A DNA stretch of 63,399 bases, filler included, from Craspedostauros australis (taxonomy: Eukaryota): assembly GCA_030167865.1 (NCBI GenBank). It is 11 parts of 11 records of this genome, joined end to end, with 100 filler letters (N's around TTAATTAATTAA, not from the genome) between each part and the next. Parts side by side here need not be neighbours in the genome. Positions count along the whole stretch, not along the records: positions 45,139 to 51,501 come from JALAGF010003243.1; positions 51,602 to 54,351 come from JALAGF010003244.1; positions 54,452 to 55,986 come from JALAGF010003245.1; positions 56,087 to 57,102 come from JALAGF010003246.1; positions 57,203 to 61,575 come from JALAGF010003247.1; 6 more parts are not named here. One strand, written 5' to 3'. Numbering within the stretch: position 1 is the stretch's first letter; every line of letters starts with the position of its first letter. A program made the translations under genes and the position numbers. The notes under the pieces were generated by a model that was not told where the DNA came from, did not search any database, and saw only the letters and a program-made list of their open reading frames with translations. Below are positions 46,697 to 58,789 of the stretch, piece after piece.

Positions 46697-48850
46697 TTAA
46701 CCAGATCGTTTCTTGTTGCGAAAACCCATGGCGACCTTCTCCCGGGCGATGCTGTCATCCACTTCGATCCAGTGCAGGGACTCGTGCTCTTGGTGTTGCT
46801 GGTTGCGCATGATGGGATTGGCGTACTCCGTGTTGCGCTTGAGGAAACGGCCGCCGCTCTGCTTGACTTGACGCACGATGGATTTGGCGATGACGGCCTT
46901 CTCACGACGTGATGATTTCTCATGCAACGGTCGGTGACTTTCGATGATCTGCATGAGCTTGAGGTTGCCGCTGTGTCGCTGGAATGGGATGCCGCGTCCC
47001 AGCAGCACATCCGAGTCCGTGGCGCACATGACGATCTTGTGTGTCGTCTCCTCGGCCTGCTTCTTGCAGCGCGCGTTGTTGCCCTTCTTGGTGGCACCTT
47101 TCGTGACACCGGATGCATCGAGCGACCCGACCTTACGCGCTTTTCTATTCGGTGCGACAGGATGGCACTCTGGATTGGAAATGACGCCCGTGCTGCCAAC
47201 GCCGTCCGGCGGAGCTGCATGATCACGTGCCACCTGTTGGTTGCACATGATATCCACACACGCAGACGCAGTCAAGCTTGAGGATATTCCAACAACAGCA
47301 CCCGCACGATAATCGTTGATACCAGCATCCGACAGATCCGTCTTTTCCTCCTCCAATGGCGTGCATCGCCAGTCGTCACGATACTCGTTGTCATGATCGT
47401 GGATGGGCAGTTGGGCTGCTGGGTTGTTGCGATCATAACTGCCAACTGTGTCAACGTGACAAGTGGACGCCGAATCAGCAACCCGCTCGCTCCCCTGACG
47501 ACTGGAATAGTCCATCTCCGTGCGACGCAGCCGCTGCAGGTTGTCCTGAAAGAGGCGCCGCTTGAGATCGCCGTTGGACGAGACCGGAATCATGTCGTCC
47601 CCGATGCCAAAGGACGAAAGGGCGTAGTGGCACTCGAGATGCGAACCGACGTGCGTGCGCTGCCTCAACCGGAGATGCTTGGGAACGGCCGCCTGCAGGA
47701 TGGAGAAGACGTGCTTGAGACGCTCGTCCTGCACGCAGAAGTGTATGGCGGAGACGCGGTACGGCAGGCACTTGGACCATGCGATGCGCTCGCGCTGCGC
47801 CTGCATCTCCGACATGAAATGCGCGGCGGTGGAACCCAGCGCGTAGAGGACGACGACGAGGCCCTTGCGCTGCGCCTCGACATGGCGTTCAAAGCAGGAC
47901 ATGAATAGGTACCAGTACTTCTGGTAGTGCGCGATGGTGTCCTCGTCCTTGCGGAAGGCGTATACCTTGAAGAGGATGGCGCGTCCCGCCCGGTCGTTGT
48001 TGAAGGGGAAGAGGTGCATGTCGCCCTGCTCGATGGCGCGCTTGGTGTCTTCGTTGAGATCCTCCCACGTGATGGACCTGGCGATCTTGTCCGAACCGAA
48101 GAGCTGCTGCTTGGCCTGGAAGTGGTGCACCATGCGCTTGGCGGCCTTGGCGGCGTGGAAGTCTTCCGCCCTGAGGAACATGAGGCGGAACTGCCGATCG
48201 CGGACGTAGGTGGGGTTGAGGAAGAGCGCCTTGTCGTAGGCAGCCTTGTCGTTTTGGTAGCGCAGCTCCTTGTCGAGCTCCTGCAGGCGCACGTTGACCA
48301 GCTCGCGCTCCTCCGCGTGGATGGGCGCCACGCCGTGTATGTCCTCGTAGATGACGTTGCGCTCGTTGAGCGAGAGCTGGTTCATGTCGTTGACGACGAG
48401 CATCTCGCCCTCCGTGATGTCCGCTTGAGGGCTGCGCTTGGCGGGCTTGTTGCTGAAGCCTCCAAATCGGTTGAGGTTGAGGTTGTTGTGCATGGTGAAG
48501 AACATGGGTCCGGACGGAGCCGCTGGATTCAGGGATGGCAAGGCCGAGCCCGACATGGCGTTCAAGAGGTTGGGCCAGCAGCACGCGGTGCCTTGGTCTG
48601 ATGAGGTTGGCGAGGCCACCTCGTGGGTTGGCGCCATGTTCCTCAATGGTGATTGCTGTTGCTGTTGCTGCTGCTGCTGCTGCTGCTCCTGAGGCTGCAT
48701 TGGTTGCTGCAGAGAAGGAAGATTGCTCCCATCGCCAGGAATCTGCGGCTTGCTGCATGCTGTGCCTGCCATCGTCGTCGCCAGCGTCACCCTGGTGGGT
48801 TCCATGTTGCCGACGGTCGGCTTGAACTCATTGACGCACGTCCGTTTCAT
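46697..48850 (-). CDS. Diatom CRAL-TRIO-like helical domain plus C-terminal DUF6824 protein, with polyQ
   Basis: LS..ER..IYEDIHG, FRLMFLRAE.F.A.KAA.RM, DRAGR, R.R.H.GS..EC.Y.L..FGI, and DVLLGRG....H.GN...GRFLK...W.EV....AREKV...FR. Confidence 0.88.
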   Translation of the reverse strand: MKRTCVNEFKPTVGNMEPTRVTLATTMAGTACSKPQIPGDGSNLPSLQQPMQPQEQQQQQQQQQQQSPLRNMAPTHEVASPTSSDQGTACCWPNLLNAMSGSALPSLNPAAPSGPMFFTMHNNLNLNRFGGFSNKPAKRSPQADITEGEMLVVNDMNQLSLNERNVIYEDIHGVAPIHAEERELVNVRLQELDKELRYQNDKAAYDKALFLNPTYVRDRQFRLMFLRAEDFHAAKAAKRMVHHFQAKQQLFGSDKIARSITWEDLNEDTKRAIEQGDMHLFPFNNDRAGRAILFKVYAFRKDEDTIAHYQKYWYLFMSCFERHVEAQRKGLVVVLYALGSTAAHFMSEMQAQRERIAWSKCLPYRVSAIHFCVQDERLKHVFSILQAAVPKHLRLRQRTHVGSHLECHYALSSFGIGDDMIPVSSNGDLKRRLFQDNLQRLRRTEMDYSSRQGSERVADSASTCHVDTVGSYDRNNPAAQLPIHDHDNEYRDDWRCTPLEEEKTDLSDAGINDYRAGAVVGISSSLTASACVDIMCNQQVARDHAAPPDGVGSTGVISNPECHPVAPNRKARKVGSLDASGVTKGATKKGNNARCKKQAEETTHKIVMCATDSDVLLGRGIPFQRHSGNLKLMQIIESHRPLHEKSSRREKAVIAKSIVRQVKQSGGRFLKRNTEYANPIMRNQQHQEHESLHWIEVDDSIAREKVAMGFRNKKRSG

Positions 48851-51601
48851 GTTGCTTTGCCTTGTCTTGCCTTGCTTCTGTTGTCTTGTATTGTCTAATA
48901 TAATATAATAGAATAGTATGCAATAGGATGCTGTTACGTATGTGTTGCCTTTGGTGTTGTCTTTGGTGGACGATCTAGCCGTATGCTATGCTCTCGAGTA
49001 TGATATGATATTCGACAATAATACCTTGGAATGCACAGTATTGGTCGGAAGTCCAGCCCACGCTGCGTTGCGTTGCTTTGTGTCGCGTTGGAGTAGAATG
49101 AAGATGACTGTGGCGCTGCAGCAAACAATGTTCAAGGGACAGTGCTTCGACCGAACCTGATACCCTCAAGACTTTGATGCCTCGTGCTTCTGGATTGAGG
49201 ATCAATCGCCCGAATGCACAAGGACGATGGGATGTATTCTGATGTCCTTGTGTGCTGTTCTTGGGTTTGGAGGCGGCATACCTCCGCGCACAGGTGCGCG
49301 TCGTGATCTGCAATTTCATCTCCTTGGTTGCGATGGTGTCGTGTTGTTGGTAGTGCGTTGGAGGAACAAAACAACGCCCATTCCCGCCAGCAAGCGGCTG
49401 ATACGCCCTGGTTTACAGGGGGCGGTCATGGTGATAATCCTCTGATGCCGCGGTTCTTGGCGACCACTGTTTCGTGTTGTTTCGCGCAACCTCTGGCTCT
49501 CTCGTTCTTGCGGCCTTATTGTTCCATGTTCGACGTCAGAACGCCGTGGTTGCGCACACAGATGTGGGTTGGTGTTGGCGTTGTTCCGTTTCCTCTCCCT
49601 TGTGCCAGTTCGCGCAGAGTTGCGAGTACGACTATTAGTGACCAGACACGTCATGAATAGATGGTCATAGTGGGTGTTCCACGATGATCCACCGCCGCAT
49701 GTGCTGCAATTGCGAATCGGAAATGGAGATACGAGGTAGCACAGCAGAACACAGATCTCAAGCGCTCGGTACTGAAATCAAGCACCAGATTAAATATGAA
49801 GCCAGCAGCAGGTACAAGGGCGCAAGTCAGCACGGTCATCTGACTCAATCGACACTTCTCCCGGGTGGTGGCCAGATGGGTGATTCTGTGTCACTGTTTC
49901 GCCGAAGAACATGACAATGGCAGAATTCGAAGTCGTCGACGTACTCTGAATGCCACACAAGGCAGGACTTCGTGGACTACCATTTACGAACGGCACCACC
50001 CACTGCCCAAATTGTTCTCATCCGGTGTTCTCGCCACTTCTCCCCACACCTCCAGTGGAGGTGGTTGTAAGGGTCATAATTTCATAATCTGGGCCTCTCG
50101 ACCAATCATATCGCTCCATTTAGGGCACAAGATACCTTTCGGCTCCTCGTTGAATTGGGGGTCAACGTCGACATAACGTCAATCGAAATAATTATGAACT
50201 CATTGTCCGCGAATATGAACGCTCCTCGGAGACCGTTCATAATTTCATAATCTCTCTGACGAGTCGTGGTAGTCCAAAATTCGTTCTCAACGGCTACATC
50301 GGAGCATAACTTTGTGCTCATACCAGATTGATCCGATGTGCTCTACTGCAAATTGATTATTCGTTCCCACCCGTTTCATCGCAACTCTCTGTTGCAGTTC
50401 AACTCCTTCTTTACATGCACCTAGTGTAACTCTGCATTTATCATCTGATGAACTCCAGCGGATCATATCTTCCCACCATCATCGCCAGCGCCAGGCTGCC
50501 TTGATTGCCATTATCCTTGTCGTTCTTGAGCATCTTTCTGCACAGCAGCACCTCCTCATGTGTGCTGTGGCACACTGCATCCTTGACACCATGCCTACAA
50601 GTGTGCGAAGGGGTTGGTACCTCAGCTCCGGCATCTTCCAACATCAAGCGCTATCTTTCTGGTCTTTGATTTGAGAGTATTGTGACTCCATGGAGTTCTA
50701 CAACTTCATTGGACTCACCAGGCCATCGTTCGATCGATCGGCTGAAGTGCTAGAGCCTGGCATCGAAGCGTTGCCCGTTGATCCGCGAGCCACGGCGCCA
50801 CCATGACCATCTGATATTCGCTGTTGTAAGTTTGACTGCATCAATGTCACTGCCATTGCAATGAAGTATCTGGCTTCCAAGTCAGAATTGAAGAACCATT
50901 TCTGGTAGGATCTGCCTTCATTGGAAGGTCGGAAGAGATCTTGGAGGATGTGGAGAGCAATGGACATGTCAGAGGCCGAAGTTGAGGCAATGGAAGAGCA
51001 CTCTCACGAAACAGGGACTATGGATGACAATTGTAACCTGCCATACGAAGCGATGGATCTTAAGAAGAAAGCAAAGGAAGATGTGGAATGCATCAACGAT
51101 GCCCAGAAGCAAAGAAGGTGCAAGTGGGAAGCTACAATGGCCATTTGTATCATCAAAGCAATGACAATGAGACGATAGGCAAGCAAACGATTGCGCTGAA
51201 TGCTGCGATGGTTGAGATAGGTACGTGGAGCATTCAATGAATGAAGGAGTGGACACCAGCAGCACAGCCAATGGAGAAAGGAAGACAGAGGGAAGCAGAA
51301 AAGCGACGACGCTTGGAGAGTAGATTGGAGATGAACTGCAGATGGCGAGGAGCAACACATACGTACATACAAACACATTCATCTGGTATATGGCAGTTGA
51401 AAACTGCACTTGGGCAAGACACATGCATTTGCGAATGTGTGAAGCAGCAAGAGATGTGCAAAACTGAAGCTGTGGATGGGTCAGCATACAGCCCCATTCA
51501 GNNNNNNNNNNNNNNNNNNNNNNNNNNNNNNNNNNNNNNNNNNNNTTAATTAATTAANNNNNNNNNNNNNNNNNNNNNNNNNNNNNNNNNNNNNNNNNNN
51601 N

Positions 51602-54271
51602 TACCAACATCTTGAACCATTGCCTGGCGCTCTGCACAAGTCCGTAGATTGGCTTGTGTAGGGTCAGGGCTTCGTCTGGTTGATGGTCCATCCCATTGGG
51701 ACAGTTCATGTAGATCTCCTCGTCGAGGTCTCCATGTAGGAATGCCGTTACGACATCGACGAGTGCGCAGTCCATCTTCTTGATNAGCATGATCACCATC
51801 ATGACCCGATAGGTCACGTCATGGATGACGGGTGAGTAGTGCTCTTGGAAGTCTACTCCTGCGACTTGTGAATAGCCACATGCAACGAGCCGTGCTCGAT
51901 GTGTGCCGTCGCGTTTCAGCTTGAAGACCCATTTGCACTTGCAGCATCTGCGGCTGTGTGGGATGGCGTCTTGTTTGATCTTGCTGTACACCTTGTGTGT
52001 ATCTGTGGAGTCGAACTCCTTCTTGATGGCTGCTCGATATCCCTTTCGATGGATGGGATCTGGATGGTTGAAGGCTCCATCGAATGTTGTTGGTTCGATG
52101 TGCTTCTCTGGTTCCTTGTTCTCGTCCTGCATCGACAGTCCGATGTCGATCGCTGGTGACTTGGTGATGATTGTGTTCATCCCGTACAATCCTGTTGTGC
52201 TATGATGGGTGATTTCGATCTCTTTATCCTCGTCTACGACTTCTTTGTCATCTGTAGTTTCGTTGTTGGATTTGTCGGTTATCTCATCGCTGAGTTCATC
52301 ACTATCGTCATTGGATGATGATTCGCTCTCATAGCCTTCCTCCTTTCGACCTCGTTCGTTGAAGTCTGCAAGCTCACGCAGAGCGCTAGGAATGCTCTTC
52401 CCTGTAGTCGGCTTGGGATTAGCTTCTCCCTTCCTGCCTCGTGCTTCATGACATCGGATTCTCTCCTTTCTAGCTATGTCACGCTTGTTTGGTTTGCTTG
52501 GTGGAGGTCTCGATGGTGTGTCAGGTGTAGACCTCGCCGGTGTGTTCGGAGGAGTGACGCCTGTGTCATCGTCAGCTTCATCGCCAGATGGCATGATCTC
52601 GTCATCCTCATGATTGGATTCGCTCCAATCTTCCTCGTCGGTATGGATTAGTTGAGTCACTACTCTATCGTCCTCATCATCCTCATCGTCGCTATCTGAT
52701 AGGATGTGATACCTGTTGCTGTCAGCGAAAGATACTCTCTTCGCTTCTGATGTTCGACGCATTGCTGTCCTTGGCATTGCTCCCTTCCGTCCAATGGTTG
52801 TGAAGCCATCTGCGTCTGTCGTTCCTGCTTCACTGGATATGTTCGGTGCTGGTGCCCAGCCACAGAACTGTCCGTATGATTGGTTGAGCCACTTGATATC
52901 CCGAGAACAGACCAGTGATTTGGTCGATGGTCTGTACATGTTGTAGACCCCCGATGCGTGTTGGTGTGCATATCCAATGAACACCATCTCTTCTCCTCTA
53001 TTCTTGAGTTTGGCGGTAATCCCGCCGTAGGTAGTCTTCACAACACCCACCTCTCCGAATGTGCGGAGTGCATCCGCATATGGTGGATCGTTGCCGAAGA
53101 ATTGTCGATGTGGTGACTCCTTTTGGTTCTTCGCTACAGTGATGTTGGCAATGGCAGTGACAGTGCTTGCAGCTGCTGCCCACAGGCCATGTCTATACTC
53201 TTTGTCGAGTTGTGCTCCGTTGAGCATGGAACGGATCTTGGTGTAGAGGTACGCGAACTTGCGTTCCACTCTGCCGTTCTGTTGTGGCGTGTTCGATGCC
53301 GTGAATTCGAATTTCATGTTGAGTCCTGCATCGATGAGAGTATCTTGCGTGGATTTGTTCTCTCCGCTGTTGTCTCCTTGGAAGATGATCTGTTGGTCAC
53401 CAGTCTGTGACTTGATCGTTTGGATGAATCGTTTGATGTACCCTGGTTGATCACTTTTGTTCTTGAGAAAGAAACTCCAGCAGTGATCTGTGCAGTCGTC
53501 CACAATCAGAGTCCAGTAGCGTTTATCTCCAAAGCTTATGTGTTTAGTGTAGCTAATGTCAATGAAGAGCCGTTCGCCATGGCGAGTTGCTCTTGGAATC
53601 GTTGCCTTTGGGATGTTCTTCACTCTTGCGTTCACGACCGCGCAGTCGCGACATACCGGCATCTCGCCGATGATCTTCCATCCGTACTGGGCGGCTGTCC
53701 GCTTCATGGTCTCGAGTGACGCGTGGCCGAGCATTCGATGCAAGTTCATCGCGCTGATCTCCTTGGATGGATTCTTGACGATAGCTGTGGAAGCCTTGTC
53801 GTTGTTCGTTGGCATGATAGGATGCATCTGCACTCCCGTGATGAATCCGTTGGATGTGGGGAAGACTCGATCGAACACGATCTTTGTTCTGGATTCGTTG
53901 ATGATGTCCATCAGAATGCCGTTGTTACCGAGCTGGTAACCGTTGTACAGAGCCTTGTTCGTGGAGAAAAGGTTCACCGCCATTTTTGGTGTGTACTTCA
54001 CATCATCGAGCCGGATGATGTGGCCAGTGTTGTCTTGTTGCTTGACCTTCAAGCGAATGGATCCCATCTTGGGAGAATCTAGCTTTGTGCTGTCTCCCAC
54101 TTGGACGAAGGACTTGATGTTCCGCACATTGAAGAGAGCGGCGTCTGAGTTGACGATGTGACACGAAGCTCCACTGTCGGCAAGCCAGGTGTCCTTGTTG
54201 ACCTTGTCCTTGTATCTGGTGCTCAGCTCGTGGAACTGCTCCACGGCGGCTGCTGCCATGTCGTTGTCATA
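51602..54271 (-). mobile_element. Ty1/copia pol (protease, integrase, partial RT), open frame
   Basis: WLADSGASCH, HRMLGH...CRDC, FIDI/DNSGE/NGRVER integrase triad, KWVFK.K.DG..RARLVA.G, DV.TAFL.G.L.EEIYM and YGL.QS.RQW. Confidence 0.97.
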
Positions 54272-54351
54272 TGTTGGCAAGTTCCGCGCACGGTAACCTA
54301 CGATCGTGGAAGATGGTGTTGGTTGATAGTCGTTCGTTTGCTATTTCATTA
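54272..54351 (+). mobile_element. Start of an LTR-like repeat abutting the copia gag/protease region, cut by gap
   Basis: TGTTGGCAAGTTCCGC...TTTGCTATTTCATTA is close to 57415-57494. Confidence 0.75.
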
Positions 54352-54451
54352 NNNNNNNNNNNNNNNNNNNNNNNNNNNNNNNNNNNNNNNNNNNNTTAAT
54401 TAATTAANNNNNNNNNNNNNNNNNNNNNNNNNNNNNNNNNNNNNNNNNNNN

Positions 54452-55986
54452 CGAGTATCATCTTCATATGTTCCACCACTTGTGTGGTATGAAGCTCGTG
54501 AAGATTCGCCCCTAGCCACTCGTCCGTCGCGTAGGCCATCTCCCTTGGAAACCCCCGGTTGAGGCCAATCTTTGACATCATCGTCTTCCAGACTGGCTTC
54601 ATAATCCTGTTGCATTGTTCCCTCGATAGTTGTGCCACTGGCAGCACATATTCCAGCTTTTTCATCAGAACTGTCCGTATCGCCGTCTCCGCATCTTCCT
54701 GTCGCATACGCCACGACTTCACATTCTCNNNNNNNNNNNNNNNNNNNNNNNNNNNNNNNNNNNNNNNNNNNNNNNNNNNNNNNNNNNNNNNNNNNNNNNN
54801 NCCTAATGTTTCGAATGCTTGCTCGCTTCCGCTTCTTGGCATCGCTTGCGGTACTCCCGTAGTCCCCTTCATCATCAGCTTGGCTGGCGTCTCTGTGTCC
54901 GTCGCATATCGCCACGTGCCGTCGCTGTTCCACTTGAAATCGACAGCCCACCACATACATTTCTCCACCACCAGTGCGCCGCCTGTCGCTCTTGCCAGGA
55001 TCTCCCACGATTGTACACTCCGCTGCATGCGCTGGATCGTTTGTTGTACGTCCTCGCCTTCCCGTGCGTTTACCACCAAATCCGTGTCATCCACAAATGC
55101 ATACCCCACCATCTCCACGTCTTCTCCGCTCGCCGCTGTTCGGAAGTTGGCTGTGTGCCCTTCTCGTTTCATGATTTCCAGTACTGGCGATGAGATCACT
55201 GCCCATATCACCGGCCCTGCTCCATTCCCTTGGTAAATACCCTGCATTGGTACCACCCATCGCTTGCCTCCGTACGTGAGTCGAGATTCGCCGTACGCAG
55301 TCCTGATGTAGTGCTCAAGTTGCTGGAGTGTGCTGAACATACACACCACTTCTGATTGCGCTATCCCTTGCCGTTGCAGTCCCAATGATGCCACCGTGTG
55401 CACGATTCGATCGTAGCAGCTCTTGAGATCATTTGTGCAAAGCACTGTTGGCACTCGCACCTGTCTGGCCCAGTCCAACGTGAGCTGCTTGTTCAGCGCA
55501 TGGTCGATTGCTCGATGCCGTTTGCGGCTGCCATATTGTTCCTCAGCAAACCCGTTTTGCTGTTCCGCCTGATGCGCAGCTTTGCGCCCGATGGCCTTGT
55601 TCGCAAAATTGAAATCCGCTTCGAATAGCACGATGGTCCTCAGCTTGTCGACTCTGAAGCTGTTCGCTTTCTTCATCAGCTCCACGTCGGTGCCTTGTCG
55701 CCATCGCTGGTACGAGTAGCCGCTTACCATCGCGATCGAAGTCATGCTTGCTTCAAACTCCGAATTCCTCCGATGGTGCGCTATAGCTTTGAAATGGCCA
55801 AAATGCAGCCCCGATGGTCCTGCCGACNTGTCCTCCTTGGCTCTTTTCCATCCTTGTTGGAACTCCTTCGTTGTCATTCCTGCTGGTATGCTCCGGCTTG
55901 CTACCGATTTCAGCCCTTGTAGGAGCTTCGCGGCGCCTTCATCAACCCATGGTCGTGGTGCGTAGCTTCCGTTGAGCGTTTGCTCC
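54452..55986 (-). mobile_element. Non-LTR retrotransposon (LINE) reverse transcriptase fragment, diatom Ambal-like
   Basis: GPSGLHFGHFKA, KLRTIVLFEADFN, QYGSRK, DLKSCYDRI, GIYQGNGAGP and AFVDD. Bounded by gaps. The clade assignment is tentative. Confidence 0.9.
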
Positions 55987-56085
55987 NNNNNNNNNNNNNN
56001 NNNNNNNNNNNNNNNNNNNNNNNNNNNNNNTTAATTAATTAANNNNNNNNNNNNNNNNNNNNNNNNNNNNNNNNNNNNNNNNNNN

Positions 56086-57102
56086 NCGATCGCTGGTGAT
56101 TCGGTAATGATTGCATTCATTCCATATAATCCAGTTGTACTATGGTGAGTGATCTCGACCTCTTCATCTTTGTTTTCGATTTCTTCGTCATCTGTAGTTT
56201 CGTTGTTGGAATCGTCTATCATCTCGTCGCTGAGTTCGTCACTCGCCTCATTGGATGATGGATTGCTCTCATAGCCTTCTTCCTTTCGACCTCATTCGTT
56301 GAAGTCTGCGAGCTCGCGCAGAGCTCTGGAAATACTCTTCCCTGTAGTTGGCTTGGGATTAACTTCTCCCTTCCTGCCTCGTGCTTCGTGACGTCGGATC
56401 CTCTCCTTTCTAGCTATGTCACGCTTGTTTGGCTTGCTCGGTGGAGGTTTGGATGGTGTGCCATGTGTAGACCTCGCTGGTGTGTTCGGAGGAGTAACGC
56501 CTGTGTCATCGTCGGTTTCGTCGCCGGATGGTATGATCTCGTCATTCTCGTGATTCGATTCGCTCCGATCTTCCTCGTCGTTACGGACAGATGGAGTTGC
56601 TCTTCCATCGTCCTCATTATCCTCATCATCGCTGTCTGATAGGATATAGTACATGTTACTGTCAGCAAAGGATACTTTCCTTGCTTTCGATGCTTGACGC
56701 GTTGCCGTCCTTGGCGTTGCTCCCTTCCGTCCGATGGTTGTGAAGCCATCTGCGTCCGTTGTTCCTGTCTCGTTGGATATGTTCGGTGCTGGTGCCCAGC
56801 CACGGAACTGTCCGTATGATTGGTTGAGCCACTTGATGTCCCGTGAACAGATGAGTGACTTGGTTGATGGTCTATACATGTTGTAGACCCCTGATGCATG
56901 TTGGTGTGCATATCCGATGAACACCATCTCTTCTCCTCTGTTCTTGAGCTTGGCAGTAATCCCGCCNNNNNNNGTCTTCACAACACCCACCTCTCCAAAC
57001 GTGCGGAGTGCATCCGCATATGGTGGATCGTTGCCGAAGAATTGTCGATGTGGTGACTCCTTCTGGTTCTTCGCTACAGTGATGTTGGCGATGGCGGTGG
57101 CA
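56086..57102 (-). mobile_element. Second, diverged copy of the copia integrase-RT linker region with a premature stop
   Basis: Aligns to about 52146-53160. CGA has become TGA at 56292-56294. Confidence 0.92.
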
Positions 57103-57262
57103 NNNNNNNNNNNNNNNNNNNNNNNNNNNNNNNNNNNNNNNNNNNNTTAATTAATTAANNNNNNNNNNNNNNNNNNNNNNNNNNNNNNNNNNNNNNNNNN
57201 NNTCTTTCTAATAATGTAAAGATATCAGGCAACGGGCATCAACTCATCAAATGGCAGCTTGT

Positions 57263-57414
57263 GCCGTCGGCGATATGCCAATGTTTACCAATAATTACCA
57301 ATAATTACCAAAAAACCGGAAATTAGCCAATAGCCACTAGTGGCCAGTGGCTAATTTCCACTTTTTTGGCACTTTTTGGTAATTATTGGTAGCCATTGGC
57401 CTATCGCCGACGGC
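57263..57414. mobile_element. 152-bp imperfect palindrome, MITE-like
   Basis: Ends are GCCGTCGGCGATA and TATCGCCGACGGC, inner arms ACCAATAATTACCAA and TTGGTAATTATTGGT, centre GCCACTAGTGGC. TGT flanks both sides. Confidence 0.8.
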
Positions 57415-58110
57415 TGTTGGCAAGTTCCGCTCACGGAAGCCTACCATCGTGGAAGATGGTATTGGTTGATAGTTGGTCTGTTTGCTATTTCATTAGTTGA
57501 GCACTCCAATCCTCTTGGTGTATGCCCGTTCTCTTGCCCGATGCTCTTGGCGCTTGAATCTGTTTTGTAGATTCGGTCTCCGACTATGAGTCGGTACGCG
57601 AGATGCTCTCTCGCTCCTCTCTGTATTCTCTCTGTCTGTTTCAGCATCGTGTGCTTTGTGCTACACGATACTCTGTGTTCGATGCATGCTCTGCATTCGA
57701 CACTTCATTCATTCACTATTGGTTCCTACTCCATGAGTACTTACCATTTGAACTTCACCTCCTGTATCCATGATCTTGATGCCCTTCGGTCATCCGATCT
57801 TTACCTTCTGCTTCTGACATGGAGACAGATGTCGACGTGGTGACATGATGGCATCCTGTCAACGTCAGTAGGCCTCCTTCTGCTCTCCAGATGCCACGTT
57901 CCATCAATGATGCGATGGTCTGTCAGATGATATTGTCATCTGAGGTTTATTTGGGAGGTGCCTCGAGATTCGCTTGGTACCGTACGTTGCCATTGATGGA
58001 TGGACGGACGATATTTCCAATTCTCTCAGAAATCGTTGATTGCAAATTTCCTCCAGAAATCTTGCTCTTTTTCGTGTGTTCCATTTCCGCTGTAATTCTG
58101 ACGAATCACA
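57415..58110 (+). mobile_element. Solo-LTR-like element (TG...CA, about 696 bp)
   Basis: Boundaries are defined by homology with 32114-32811 and 54272. No clean 5-bp target-site duplication. Confidence 0.7.
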
Positions 58111-58789
58111 GCATGCTATTTACACGAATGTAGTTTAACCGTCTAAGTGCGTATGAGAGAATAACAGGTTAACGATGCACATATACACGTACATCTCGAC
58201 ATATACTCACATGTACATCTCGACAAGTGAAATGATTGGTGAAGTAATTGGTGAAGTAATTGGAGAAACGATTGGAGAAGCATCGGAGATGTGCGATGAT
58301 GAGGAGCTGAGAGAGACCCCATCCAGGGTGTTCCCATGACAGATGGGAGACCGTGACCTGATCGAATGAACCGATCTGTATGATGCCTACGACTCGGCAA
58401 TGTCTAAGGCATCGAAACTATCAGCGGAGGACAACGTGCTTGTGTGCACGGATATGGGGTACTCGGTGGTGCACACATGTCCATGATGAATTTGCAATGA
58501 ATGCAAGATGGATGCCTGCTAGACCAACGGAGAGACCCATGGAGATCTCAGGAGGAGATCGAACTTTGGAATCAAGAGCACTGAAGAGCTCACAGTTCAG
58601 AGAAGTAGATTCTAACAAATGATTCACTTTCTACTATCACCACCGCCCTGGATTTCCAACAGACGACTATGGGACTGACGGTCGTGACTTGAAATTGGGG
58701 TGAACGAGGTTGGCCAGTTATGAAATTATGACCCTTACAACCACCACCATTAATATGATCTTTCCCACCACCTCCATGACATTTCCTTC

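Larger units (their letters stand above)
50060..58745. mobile_element. Candidate DNA transposon bounded by a perfect 28-bp inverted repeat (50060-50087 and 58718-58745), filled with nested retroelements
   Basis: GGTGGTTGTAAGGGTCATAATTTCATAA and its exact reverse complement. Four assembly gaps lie between them. Confidence 0.5.

Noticed and set aside
58150..58617. Possible further solo LTR with 12-bp ATTGGTGAAGTA repeats, ending CTAACA
   Set aside because: There is no second copy, clear TG start or TSD in the window.
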